A program made the position numbers and the translations under genes. The notes beneath the pieces are model-generated. The model had not been told where the DNA came from. It saw nothing but the letters and a program-made list of their open reading frames with translations, and did not search any database. From Vicugna vicugna (taxonomy: Eukaryota): DNA of 64,000 nt. The stretch lies in assembly GCA_013265495.1 (NCBI GenBank), contig MU057809.1:620001-684000 (forward strand), written 5' to 3'. The first letter of the stretch is position 1, and every line of letters starts with the position of its first letter. Shown one piece after another: positions 11,020 through 29,778 of this stretch.

Positions 11020-11397
11020 GGGCCCTGCCAGGCGCCCCCAAGTTCTCTCAGCGCCCCATCCCACGGCCCCGCTGCCCCTTCCCTGGACTGGGCCAGGCCA
11101 GGGAGACCAGCGCAGTCCCTCCTCCTCCTCCTCCTTCTCCTCCTCCCAGAGCGTTGAAATGTCATTGTCACAGTTTTAATATATGGATTTCTTATTTAAG
11201 AAAACAGGAGGGCCTGCCAGGGGCCCCCAAGTTCTCTCAGCGCCCCATCCCACGGCCCCGCTGCCCCTTCCCTGGACTGGGCCAGGCCAGGGAGACCAGC
11301 GCAGTCCCTCCTCCTCCTCCTCCTTCTCCTCCTCCCAGAGCGTTGAAATGTCATTGTCACAGTTTTAATATATGGATTTCTTATTTAAGAAAACAGG
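11020..11397 (+). repeat. Two-copy direct tandem duplication, period 189 bp, in the MAFK 3'UTR
   Basis: 11034-11208 is identical to 11223-11397 (175 nt); only the first ~14 nt of each unit differ. Confidence 0.95.
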
Positions 11398-11664
11398 CTG
11401 ATTTCCCGTCCCCCGCCCTTCAGGCCCGCTGGCGCTTCCTGGCGGCAGGGCCCCGCGTGCAAGCTGAGCACCGGTTTTCCGCGCCTCTGGCCACCTCAGC
11501 AGTTTCATTTCAATATTTATTTTTGTGCTGCTTTTATCATGATATAAATTATTGAGAAGAGACCCTACGTCGTGGCCCCTGTTTGTGCGACGCGTGGCCC
11601 GCGCCTGCCCCCCCTGCCACACCTAATTTATTGCATCTCTGCTGTGACGCTTTTGTGCCTTTGC

Positions 11665-11670
11665 AATAAA
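11665..11670 (+). terminator. MAFK: MAFK polyadenylation signal AATAAA (3'UTR ~2.35 kb)
   Basis: First canonical + strand AATAAA I found after the stop codon, in an AT-rich island and followed by T/GT-rich sequence (gagttttctggtttc). Confidence 0.8.
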
Positions 11671-13454
11671 GAGTTTTCTGGTTTCAGATCCATCTTGCTG
11701 CGTGGTTGGTGCTTCAGGCCAAGACCTCCCCACCACCCAGGGGGCCATTGGGTGTGCTGGGCCCCATGTGCCCCCCATGTCCCAGACCCCTCAGCGTAGC
11801 CTCCCCTGGGGCCCAGTGGCAGCATCTGGTGCTGCTTGGGAGCGGGTCACGGGGTTGGACAGGTGCTGGGATGTCTGGAGCCTGCGTGTCAGGACGGCCC
11901 CGGCTGGGTGGGGGGCGGACAGGTGGAGGTAGGCCCACTCCCTTCCTGGATGGGGGGTGGGGTTCCCAAGGCCCCCACCTGCCCTGGTCAGAGCCCCCGT
12001 CAGCAGACACAGCCCCCTGTCCCTGGGCGGCTTTGCTGGCTGGGCTCTAGGGGGAGCTTGCAGAGGTTGGGAGAGACAGGCCCTGCCTGGGGCAGGGGGC
12101 AGAGCAACTGAGCAGACTGCCCCTGAAAGCCAGGCCCTGCCCAGCCTGGTCCTGCCGGGGTCAGCGGGGGGGGGGGGGGGGGGGCCCCAGACAGGTCGGC
12201 TGGTGCTTGGCCCTGGCCTCTGAAGGAGGGTCAGGTGAGTTCCTGACCACTGGCAGCCTGCGCCCCACCTCTGCCTGAGCCCACCGGAGCGGCCCCTCGT
12301 AGCCGGGGAGGTGCCGCTGTGCCGGCCCCCGTGCGGCCTTGGGCCGGCCCTTTCCCTCTCCAAGCCTCGATCTCCCCTCCAGGTGTGGGGACACATGCAC
12401 TCAGCACGTTGGGCTCTGTAGCCCCGAGTTTCTCAGTGTCTTCCCCCAGCTAAGCCAGGCCCCGCAGCAGCCCTGGCGGCTCCCCAGCCCCAGCCTGGCA
12501 CTCCTCAGGGGCCCCCAAGCAACAGCGCAGAGACCAGAGCCGGCCACAACAACTTGTGGGTCTGAGCTGGGAGGCACAGGCCCCGGCCTGGCGCTGGGCT
12601 CCCGGGACACGGTGAAGGGCCCCTGCCTGCTCCCTGGGCTGCTGCCCTTTGGTGTATATTTCTGGGGCCATTTCACAGATGAGGACACCGAGGCCAGGAC
12701 AAGCCAGGTGACCTTCCTTGGCCACTCCTCACCCCACACAGTGCAGCCTGGAATCTGTGTGCCTGATTTTCATCAGAGATGGCGAGATGTCCCTCCATCC
12801 CCCCAACCTCGCCCTTGGCAGGGTCAGGCCCATGAGGCTGGCAGCCCCCTGACCTGCTCCAAGGCTCTGTCCCACCCGCGGGTGGCAGGAGCACCGGCCT
12901 TCTCTTACTGTGTTACATCAGAAAAGTCTGGCTGCAGGGAGAGAGGCCGGTGGGGCAGGGTTGGCTGGAGAGCTGGCCTCCCCTGCTGGTTCTGTGACCT
13001 CGAGCATGTAGCTCTGCCTCCCTGGGCCTCAGCCACCTCCCCCGGGCTGCCATGAGGATTGCATGTGCGATTCCTGGCCCAGCCCTTGGCACACAGTGGG
13101 TGCCCCTCAAAGTGCCAGGTGGCAGGACTGCCCCCGGCAGCCAGGAGCCCATGCTGTGTCTGCGTCTCCAGAGGGGGGCCCTGGTCCCCTTACCCTCTGG
13201 GAACACAGTTCTGGGCAACTCAGGCCCCAAATGGGGGGCCTCTCCAGACAAGGGCCTTCGGGGCAGCACCGCCCCCCTCACTCACAGTGCAGCCTGGCAC
13301 CTTGCCTCTGTCCTGCAACATCCAGAAAACCCTCCTTGGTTGGCCCGTCCCCGGGGAGACCCACGGCCGCTCCCACATCAACTGAGTGAGACGTGGGGGG
13401 CCTGGCCATGGGAGCCTCGTGGGGACAGGCTGGGCGGACCTCTGCCAGCCACAG

Positions 13455-13525
13455 AGGGCACGATAAGGCAACCGGGGACTTTCCAGCGGGCAGCGGGGAG
13501 GAGGCTGGCCTATCTTATCAGGCAG
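13455..13525. promoter_or_regulatory. Candidate GATA/NF-kB enhancer 3' of MAFK
   Basis: GATAAG 13462-13467, GGGGACTTTCC 13474-13484, overlapping CTATCT/TTATCA 13510-13520. Confidence 0.6.
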
Positions 13526-14331
13526 CCGGCTGGGCCCTGGGAGAGGCTGCTGGCCTTGAGTCCGGTGTCCCCCGGCCCAAGGAGCAAGGGGGCGGGGGTG
13601 ACCCGACTCTGGCCTGGATTGTCGGGCAGTTCCCACCCTGATGAGTCTCTCCGAGACCTTCGACACCTTTCTCTCTTTCCCTGGTGATGTGGGAGCTGGC
13701 GGCCTAGAGGCGCGGGAGGCTTGCGGCTTGGTGGTGCCCCAGGCCTTCCTGCCACAGTGCTGCCCGCCCCCCCACGCCTGCCTGCTGAGCCTCAGGCACC
13801 TGGGCCGCTGCCCACCACCCTGCACCTTCCCCTGGCTCCCACCCCACCCTACTGAGCACCCCAGACACACTGGACAGACCTGCAACGCGCAGCTGCCTCT
13901 TCACCCCTGGTGCCCCCTCCCCACGTGGTGGCCCCTGACATCCAGGGCCCGCCCTCACTCCCTGCTGCTGCTGTCCCCTCTCCTGCGTCCCAGACTCCCT
14001 CAGCTCTCTGGCACCGGGCGAGAGGTCTGGGGAGGCAGGCTCCAGGTACAAGCCCCACCTTGGCCTCGTTAACCCAGTGTGGGCGGGGCCGGCACGAGGC
14101 CCCTAACACTGAGGAAGCCGAGGGCCCGGCTCTGGTGGCCGTGCAGGGAGGCCTGTTCCGCCTCACGTCTCCCAGCTCGAGGTCTGCCTGCTCGGAGCTG
14201 CGGCCCCGGGGTGGGCGGGGACCCTGCCCCTACACCCAGGCTCAGCACCGTGGGCTCACCGCCTCCCTCATTCAGCGGAGCCGACCCTGCAGGAACACAG
14301 GCCACAGGAGTCACTAGAAAAACCTAGACTC

Positions 14332-14337
14332 TTTATG
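14332..14337 (-). terminator. TMEM184A: Possible proximal TMEM184A poly(A) signal (CATAAA variant)
   Basis: Minus-strand CATAAA in the only AT-rich island (14310-14350) ~600 nt after the TMEM184A stop codon. Non-canonical, so tentative. Confidence 0.4.
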
Positions 14338-14925
14338 TATAAATAAGCGTGATTCACTGGACGCCAGGCACCCTCCAGGAGTGGCCCCAACGTCTCCCAG
14401 ACCCACATCAGGCACAGCCCCTCAGTGGGGGCCGCTGACATGGGGGGCTGGCCTCGGCCCTCCCTCCGTGGGGCCACAGCGAGGTTCGTGGTCACCCCAC
14501 CTCCGCAGCCCGCGTGGCACCCTCCTGCCTGCAAGGCCTGCAGCTCTAGGGCCTTCGGGGCTGGCCTGCCCTGCTCTCCCTGACCGTCCTCCCACAGCTG
14601 CCTGGCTGGGGATCTGTCCATCCAGGGAAGCCACGCTGGCTCCCTGCCCCATGGGGCCTGATGGTCAGCTGAGCCCCGCAGGTCCCAGGGCTTGTCAGAC
14701 AGGCTCAGGTGCCCTCTTCCGGGGCCGTGGGCCCACCAGGCGATGGTGTGGCACCTGGGTGCCTGGCAGGGCCACCAAGCGACCTGCTGCACTGTCCGGA
14801 GGTAGGCTGGGACTGGGGCTCCGTGGGTCTGGCAGGAGGTGCCCAGGAGAGGCCTGACCTTTGGCAAGATGGTTCGTGGGTGAGGGGCCCTGTCCTTTCC
14901 GGGGTTGGTGACCCCGAGGCACCCC

Positions 14926-21695
<6,770 letters not shown>

Positions 21696-22029
21696 TCACC
21701 GTCCCTTCCGTGGGAGTCCCCCTCTGGCCCTCCAGCCCACTTTCCCTGACTCTGGGCAGCCCTCCAGGTGCAAGGACCCAACTGTGAGGCCCGGGCCCGG
21801 GGCTCAGTCACCTGGGCAAGGACACCGGCTGCCTGACTGTGACCTAGGCTGGTCCCTATCTCTGGCATCTTGGGCTGTCGGGGAGCCCTCATGTAGGGAC
21901 CAAAGACATCTGAGAAAGTCGGGGAGCCCACGCTGCCCTGCCTGCTCGGGGTGGAGTCTGGGAAGCCGGCCAGGCTGGCAAGGTCCACAGCAGCAGGGGA
22001 GGTGGGGGAGGGCAGACCGGCACACACCG

Positions 22030-22300
22030 GACCTGCCTGACTGACTGTCGGGGCGCCCAGCTCGGCCGGGCCCTGGGCCACCCCAGCCCGCTCGCTCGCC
22101 CTGGGTGCCTGGTCTTCAGCTGCGTGCCAACCTGCTGGGGCACCGGGCACCTCCCTCCTCCCACACCCAAGGCCTCCACCACTCCCTCCAGACTTGGTCA
22201 CAGGGCCCAGCGCCTACCTCTCAGGCAGGAAGCTCCTGGGTAGGCCCTGGTAGGCCCGGCCTCCAGAGAAGCCTAGCTGGTCATTGGCGTGGCCACGTGG
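22030..22300 (-). promoter_or_regulatory. TMEM184A: Possible TMEM184A promoter / non-coding first exon region
   Basis: The ATG exon is preceded by a splice acceptor, so an upstream exon must exist. Minus-strand CCAAT (22283-22287), E-box CACGTG (22294-22299), candidate donors CAG|gtccgg (22033) and CAG|gtgact (21812). Boundaries unresolved. Confidence 0.35.
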
Positions 22301-25300
22301 GCCCCACTGTTGGCCCCAGTGGGGGGTGGGGCCAGGCTACTTTCTGTGCCAGGCCTGGGGAGGGATGGCCACCATCTCACCTCCCCGGTGGCCCACCTGA
22401 GTGCTTGGCCGCAGGGAGGGGCGGAGGCCGAGGGGGAGGAGCGGAGGGCTGCCCCTCCCCCGTCGACACTGGATCCCTCCCCAGGCTGCGTGCTGGGTGG
22501 CAGCTGGCTCCCAGAAACCTGCTGGCCACTGGGTGCCCTCACCGGCCTGCACCAGAAGGCCAGGCAGCAGCGGCCTGGCCCTGAGGCAGGTGGGAGGGGT
22601 CTGCAGTGAGCCAGAGTGGGCTGTGCCTCCACAGGGGGCACAGGTTCCATTTAGGGTGCTGGAAAGTTCTGGAAGGAGACAGAAGTGGCAGTTGCACAAC
22701 ATTGTGTGGGTATTAAATGACACTTACAAATGGGTACCTTCACTAGGAGAGTGTCACCTCCATTTAAAAAGCCCCAGTCCCCAAGAGCTGCACTGGAAAC
22801 ATGTCTGTTTTTTTGCCGGGGGTGTGGGTGAATGACAGGCCACTGGTCCTGCTTCGGGGCTCAGCTCACCTGTCCCATGGTCAGCCCTGTGCCAATTTTT
22901 TTTTCTTCAAATTAAATGCATTTAATTACAATGCTAGCCCGCATTCACACTATGGACGATCTCTCCGCAGTCCCTACCCTGCAGTGGTGACCCTCGGCCC
23001 GCGGCCACCGCAGAGGTCAGCTCAGGTGGCCAAGGCCCTGGGAAGAGGCTCGCCCACCAGGGCTCCTGGAGGGGGCGCGGGAGTGGGGGCCTCGGCCGGC
23101 TCTTGGCTCCACTCCCAACACAAACGGGCATGTGCCTCTGTGGCCACCAGGACGCAGTGCCTGCCCTGCACCCATCAGGGGCCCACACATACCCTGTCCT
23201 TCTTGATGCCCGACCCTCCCCATGGCCCTAAGTCACAGGGTCAAGACCCCTTTTAGGGGTGGGAGTCGGGAGCTCAGAGAGGCTCATCCATGTGTCCAGG
23301 GTCCCCCAGGGGTCCAGGGGGAGGCTGTCTACGGGGACACCCACCCTGATCCCCCTCCCCTCCGTCCACAGCTGGGGAGTCCCTCAGACACGCCCTGAAG
23401 TCGTGATCCTGACTCTCACATAAAGCCCCGGGGCCCTGTCCCCAACTTCCTGCTGCCCTGTACGTCCTCCTCCAAGCTCTGCCAGGAGCCCTCTGTGCCA
23501 ACTCTCCCCCTTGTCCCGCCTTCTCGGATGTCACCTCCCCTCTCCCATCACCGCTTCAAATCCCGGAGGACCATCGGGAACCTGGTGCCTTGCCCAGCCC
23601 AGACCCGGGGCGCAGGGAGTGAGCGTGCACGTGGGCGTCCACTCGGCCCGGCAGGTGTGGCCAATGTGCTCTAAATTGTCTCCAGCCAACGCGAGTTCCC
23701 ACGAGCCCTGTGCTCCCCCCGAGCCCCACCTGCCCACAGCGCCAGAGCCCAGCCGGCACCGAGACCTGCAGGTGTGGGCCCGGACCCTCCTGGCCCCTTC
23801 TCCTCTCTGGCTTCCTGACCGGGTCGCTCCAGAGGCAGCCTCGGTACTCAGCTGTCCATCCGGCCCATGGTCTCGGCCACCCTGGCAGGCCCCTTCCCCT
23901 CTCTGGGCCCCTGCTTTCACGTCTGTAAAGGTGAGTTTGGGGCCTCCAGCCCTCCCCAGGGTATGGCATGCAGGGCCCTGCCGTCCCCGGGGGTCTGAGA
24001 CAACCCGCACTTGCCTTGTCCGGAGCTCAGGGGAAGGCTCCCGGCCGCAGGGCCCTCCCAGGGCCCAGACCCCGCCGCAGGCCACATACCAGGCGTGGCC
24101 CGTGAGCGAGCAGGGCGCCGTGGGTGGGCAAGGTGCTGCTTCTCCAGGGCAGAGGAAGGGGGCTGGGCCGTGCCGAACCCGTGCCCAATGGACAAAGGGT
24201 CCTGGGTCTGGGGACACAAGGGGCCCAGCAGTCCAGTCCTGGGAAGGGCCAGGGAGACACTGACCCCTCGGCCACCCATGGGACTCTCTGGCCCAGTGAG
24301 GCCCCACCCCTGGCGGCTGCTGTCACACTCAGGGGAGGCGGCCAGGCTGGCCAGGCCTGATTTCCCTTCCTGGGGCTGGACGCTGACCAAGCCTGTCACA
24401 GGACAGACCTGCCCGCCTGGATGCAGGCAGCTGAGGCCTCTGACCACTGTTTTCTGTGACCAGGTGTCAGGGCTCCTGGCAGCTCCTGGTCAGACCGTGG
24501 GGTGGCCGAGAATCCACAGGCCAGTCCCAGACCTCAACGCCCCATCCCAACACCTCCCTTTCACCCCAGTGACCTGATGCCCGGGGCTCTTGGCCTTGGG
24601 GCAGCATGAACCTCCCTGCAGGCTCCCCTGCTGTGCCAGGCCTGCCACCTGGGGACGCCTCTGACGGCACGTGGCTGCTTTCCCACAGGGGACAGACTCT
24701 CCCTTTCCTCCTTCCCCTCCCCAGGCCCTTTCAGCAGCTGAGAGCTGCCCACTCTGGGCTGGCAGAGACAGGGCTGGGGGACAGGGTGGTAGGTGTGTCC
24801 TGACACCTCAGTGCCCCGGGCCGGCCCACCAGCATCCTTTGGCTCTACCCCTGGGGCCCTCACCTGCTGGTGCCCAGGGAGTAGGGGACAGGATCTGCCC
24901 CTGGGTGGCTGCGGTGGCCCATACGATGGCCACTAACTCAACTCTACCCACTGCGGCCTGAGCTGGGATGACTGGACAGGCCCCCTCCCACTCTACCCTT
25001 CAGGCTGTGGATGGTGACTCCCGGCCTGGAACCCACCAGCCTGGGGACCCTGAGCTGCCCCTTCCCTTCCTCTGGGCCTCGGGGGACGGTCGACGGAAGG
25101 ACCCTTCCACTCCGGTTTGGAGAGTCCTCGCACGGGGGCAGGAGGGAACATTCTGCCTCCTGGAGGCCGAGGTGCCGGCTCCCCACTAGGCCAGGACACT
25201 GGGCCCCAAAGCCAGGAGGAGCAGGGCCCTGGGTCAGACACGTGGGTTGGGCTCCTGGCCTGGCCCTTCACCGCGTCTGTGACTTTGGACAAACCATGCG

Positions 25301-28300
25301 CCTGAGTCTCAGTTTCCACCGGGGACTGAACAGCCATGGGCAACAGGTCCGCGCTGGTCGGAGCGGGGACTCGGCGGGCAAGGGGGTGCCCGTTCTTCTC
25401 AAAGGCGGCCGCGGGCTGCTGCAGCCGGGCCGCTCAGCCGGGTGCCCCGCCATCCGGGGCGCGTGGTGGGCCTCCTCAGCTTCGGGGCCACAGGGCTGCC
25501 CAGCCCGGTCCTGCGGCCCGGTGAAACCACACGGGCCTCAGGGACTTGGCTCCTTTCCTCCCGTCCTCTGCCCTCCTCGTGCCAGGCCGAGCCCCTCCCC
25601 CAGGCCTGCCGCCTCAGTCCCCACGAAGGGCGTGTCTGAACCTGCCTGTAGCCCCAGAGCGAGCTGCCAGCCCCGCGTGCGTGCCCTGCGGAGCCCCCTT
25701 CCGTGCGGAGCTGGGGCAGGGGTGCTGACAGGGGCCTGGCCCGGCCAGGCTGGCCTGAGACCCTTTTTGGTCAGCAGGTGGCATCCTGGGGCCTGGGAGG
25801 GGACGCAGACTGGGGTGGAGGTGGGGCAGAGGACGGGGGCGGGCAAAGCGGCTGCGAGTCCCAGAGTTTCAAGGTGCGGGCGCTTTTCTGCAGGAGTGCG
25901 GGGGCTGCAGGCTGGACACCGCGCCTCTGCTGTGGGCGCGCACACATGTACACGCATGTACACTCGCACGTGCACACGTAGCTCACCTCCCTGGCAGCTC
26001 CCTCAGCCGTCTTGCCAGGCCCCTCGGGCAGGTTTGAGAGCGGTGGCCGGGGGTGTCCGGCCCCGTGGCGGGGCCTCCAGCCCTCTGCGGTCCCTCCTAA
26101 CAGTGGCCCGGGCCAGCCCCAGGTACGACTGCTCCTGGGGAGGCGCTGGCCTCTGCCGAGACCCAGGAGACTCCTCCCTGCCGCCCGCCCCGCCAGGCCA
26201 GCCCAACGAGCATGGCAGCCCAGCCACACCCTCCCCGTGCCCTGTCCAGATTAGGGGACCAGCCATCCCTCCATGCGCCACCCAGCTGGTGGCGAGTCTC
26301 CCACATCTGCGTGTGGCCCAGGTGTGGCTCTGGGTGGCTCCTCCCTGGCCACCTGTGTGGGTGGGAGGCTGAGGCACTTTGTACGTGCAGTGAGATCAAA
26401 CGGGGTGTTATGGGGTCTGCCACCTGTCCCCCCCTCTGTTCACGCTGCTCCGTTTCCCTGTGGCCCCTTCATCCCTTGACTGTCCTGCATCGGGGAGCCC
26501 CACCCTGTGCCGTTAACGGGGCTACCGCGTGCACAGGGCCTACCCTGGGCCGAGGAGCACAGCCCTCGGGTGGTGGGACAGGGAGGAGCTCTGGTCACTA
26601 GGAGGCTGAGGGGTGTGGGCCCCTAGCCAGGAGGTGGGGGTGCGGCGGCCTGAATCCCGGCTTGTTCCACCTGCACGGCCTTGAGCCTCAGTCTTCCCGT
26701 CTGTGAAGGGGGCTCAAGGATCTGTGTGCCCCGGGTAGTGTAGCGCTGGTGGCTGCGTGGAGAGGGCATGTCCTGTGTGCCCGCCAGGGGCCTGTGACAA
26801 CCTGCTTGAGGGCTGGTGTTTCTGGGTTTCCTTTGCTTGGAAACCTCCCCTCCCTGCTTCCTCCAGCCTCTCTCTCCACTCCCTCCCCTCCCCCACTTCC
26901 AGCAGCCACAGTCCTCCCAGTGCCCCCCACACCCACTCCGTCCCGCAGGGACACTGGACCCTCTGCACCTTCTCCAGGCCCAGACATGGGTGGTGGCCAT
27001 TACCAGCCATCTTGTCAGTGAGCAATTCTCCGCCCACTAGACCCTCCCCTCTTTGCCACGCGATGGGGGTCGTGGTTCTGCACAGCCCACCTTGGGGGGC
27101 TCTGGAGAGGTTTGCTGAAGAGACACACAGTCCGTGAGAGAAACTGGCAGCCTCTGCCTGCCGTGCGCTCCTGCCTCTGCCCTGGGCCTTCCGGGGGCCC
27201 ACCCGAGAGCACGTCCTCCTGAAAGCGGCCTCACCTCCCCAGGGCTCCAGAGCCTCCCACCTTCTCACAATCCTTCTGGAATTCACGAGTCCTCCGCCCC
27301 ACCCTTCGTGCCACACAAGACAGGCTGGTCCTCTGTGTTCAGCCGTGGGCAGGACACCTGAACGACATGGGCCTCCCTGCGATCACCTTCCACGTCGTCC
27401 ATCTGGCCCTCATTCTCATCGCTTACCCGGTGTCCCTCCTGATTTCCAGCTCTACTCCAGCTTGCTCAGCTGGGCCCTCCTGCACGCCGCTGTCCTGTCC
27501 CACGGGCTCCTGGCCGTCACTGGTCCGGGGCTCTGTCCATCCCTGGACTGGCTCCTCAGACTGAAACCCAAGAGCAGCCGCCCTCCTGGCCTCTCCTGAT
27601 CTCCAAGGGGACCTGCTCACCCCTGAGTCTGAGCCCAAGCCGCCGGCCCACGTCCCCTCAGGAAGAGGGGGTGAGAGGGAGGAGCACCCGGGGCCCTCTG
27701 CCGGTGGCCCAGCAGGGCAGTGTCGGGCGACTACATGGCGCTGGCGCAAGGGCACGGCCTTGCAGAAGGGCGCCTCCTCTCCCAGCCGTGCGTTCACTGT
27801 TTACGTTCCGCCGTAAGTTGCTGCAAGTTGTAATTACAGTGTGATCGCCGGGTAAGCGCCACATGCAGCCTTTCCATCTAAAGGAGTAACAGTTTCCACA
27901 AGGGCGGCAGCCCTGCCCGCGGGAGCTGCGGCTTGCAGCCCTCTCTGTCGGAGCGAGCTCTCCTGAATTACAGCGGCTGGGAGCCCAGAGCCATGGGAGG
28001 CAACGGGCCAAGGGCCTCTGCACACAGGCTGTGTGTCTTGATTTGCACAGCAGAGCAGAGTGTGCGGCACCAGCTGAAACGATGGAAGCCTTCTTCTCAG
28101 GCTGTATTGTTAAGAGCTACCAGGCAGCTTCTGGCAGCTGTAAACATGGACTCGGGAAGGCGCTGGGGACCTTGGTGCCAATTAGACACCAGTTGCCCCA
28201 CCCCGCCCAGGCGGGCAGCCTTGGGACAGTGCAAGTAACAGGGCACAGCTGCATTTACGTCCGAGGGCTGCCGCTGGTCACCAGGGCTGAGGGACTTGCC

Positions 28301-29670
28301 TTGCCCTCCTGAGCCTCAACTTTCTCCACTGCCTGCCCGCTTCTTAAGGGAGGCCACAAGGACCCCATCAGGTGGCTCACAGGAGGCCCCAGCCCCGAGG
28401 CTGGATCAGAGCCAGACAGAAGCACAGAGGCCAGTCTGCCCGCAGTGTCCACAAGGAAGACGCCGGGTCCTCAGCGCAGAGCCCCAGGCCAGGAGACGGG
28501 TGAGGGGTGAACCTCATGGCCCCCCGGCCCTCTGCCTCAGTGGTGGCTGTGACCTGGTGCCTGCTTCCTCACCTGACATGTAGGTGACCAGGGAAGTGGC
28601 CTCATGGGTGGACGTGAGAATGAAACAGTACCATGAGTGGGTGAAGGGCTGAGCGCAGAGCCAGCACATGAGCAGGCGCGGGAGCCAGTCCTGTTGTCAC
28701 ACGTCTAGAGCCCAAATCAGAAAACCAAATCTGCACATCTGAGCTGGTCTCCTGTCCCGGGTCTGGGTAACCCACTGGTCACGTTTCCACAGACCACACA
28801 CCTGACCTTTAGATGCCAAGTGTGCTGATTACAGGCTGGTGGTGAGTGACGGGACTTTTGCCTGCCTGCGCCCTCCAGTGTGCTCTGACGGGGTGCACAG
28901 CGCTCCAGAACTGGCTCCTCCCTGACCACCCCCCACACCCCCCCCCCCCATGGGGTCCTCACGTGTGGGACAGACCTTCCCCCTCTTCTCTGCTCAGTCT
29001 GCTCCTTTCTGGCCTTTAAAATGTGTGTCTGTGGCTGCAGAGCCATTGGACTGTGGTACGAATCTGTCTGAGGGGCAGGGAGGGGTGGACAAAGTTGCCT
29101 GGAGTCCTTGAGCTGGACTTGACCGCAAAGGAGCCCTGTGTCTCCTAGGATGGGCCTGCCTCAGTTTGCCCAGTGGGGGCTGCGGATTCTTGGTCACTCG
29201 GACTCCTCGCTCCGGCATCAGCACCCACTCCGGGAAGTCTGGCAGACCCCACGTGTGACTCCCCAGCCCTCCTGACGCTGAGGCCACTGGCCGCCCTGCG
29301 GCTGGTCCGCGCCCGTGGGTTTACCCGACCAACCGTCTCTGGACCAGACGTGTGCCGACAGTGACCCTCACCCCCACCCTGGGGAGGAGCCAGGACGTCT
29401 GCAGAGGGGACGAGCCCCTGAAGACAGCTTTCCCCTGCCCCAGCTTGCGCAAACTCACTCTCTAAATTCTTCGCAAATTGGACCAGCAGCCTGGTCTTTC
29501 CCACTGACCTGTCCTCGACAGCGGTTTCTAAATTCAGACAGGATTTCAGAGGCTACTGGTTCTCAGGGAAACCAACACAATGACCCCTACCTGATCCCAT
29601 ACACACGCAGGCAGGCCCACCCGGCTTCTCTCCGTGAGAACCCGGACAAGGCGCCCGAGATTCCCCAGGG

Positions 29671-29778
29671 CCGTCCTGGGCCCACCCGTCTCAGGGGTCC
29701 TGGCTGGCCTCTGCTCCCAGACCCCCGTCCTGGGTCCACCCGTCTCAGGGTCCTGGCTGGCCTCTGCTCCCAGACCCC
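29671..29778. repeat. ~54-bp two-copy tandem repeat
   Basis: cgtcctggg(c/t)ccacccgtctcaggg(g)tcctggctggcctctgctcccagacccc repeated twice. Confidence 0.9.

Noticed and set aside
12166-12184. G19 homopolymer (and G13 near 1525) as a G-quadruplex element
   Set aside because: Homopolymer length is unreliable in a short-read draft, and G-runs are ubiquitous here; no specific function is supportable.
25011-26372. 453-aa ORF, the longest in the track, and similar 200-370 aa ORFs elsewhere
   Set aside because: Pro/Gly/Arg/Ala-rich composition expected from stop-codon scarcity in GC-rich DNA; no recognisable domain; equally long ORFs overlap on other frames and strands.
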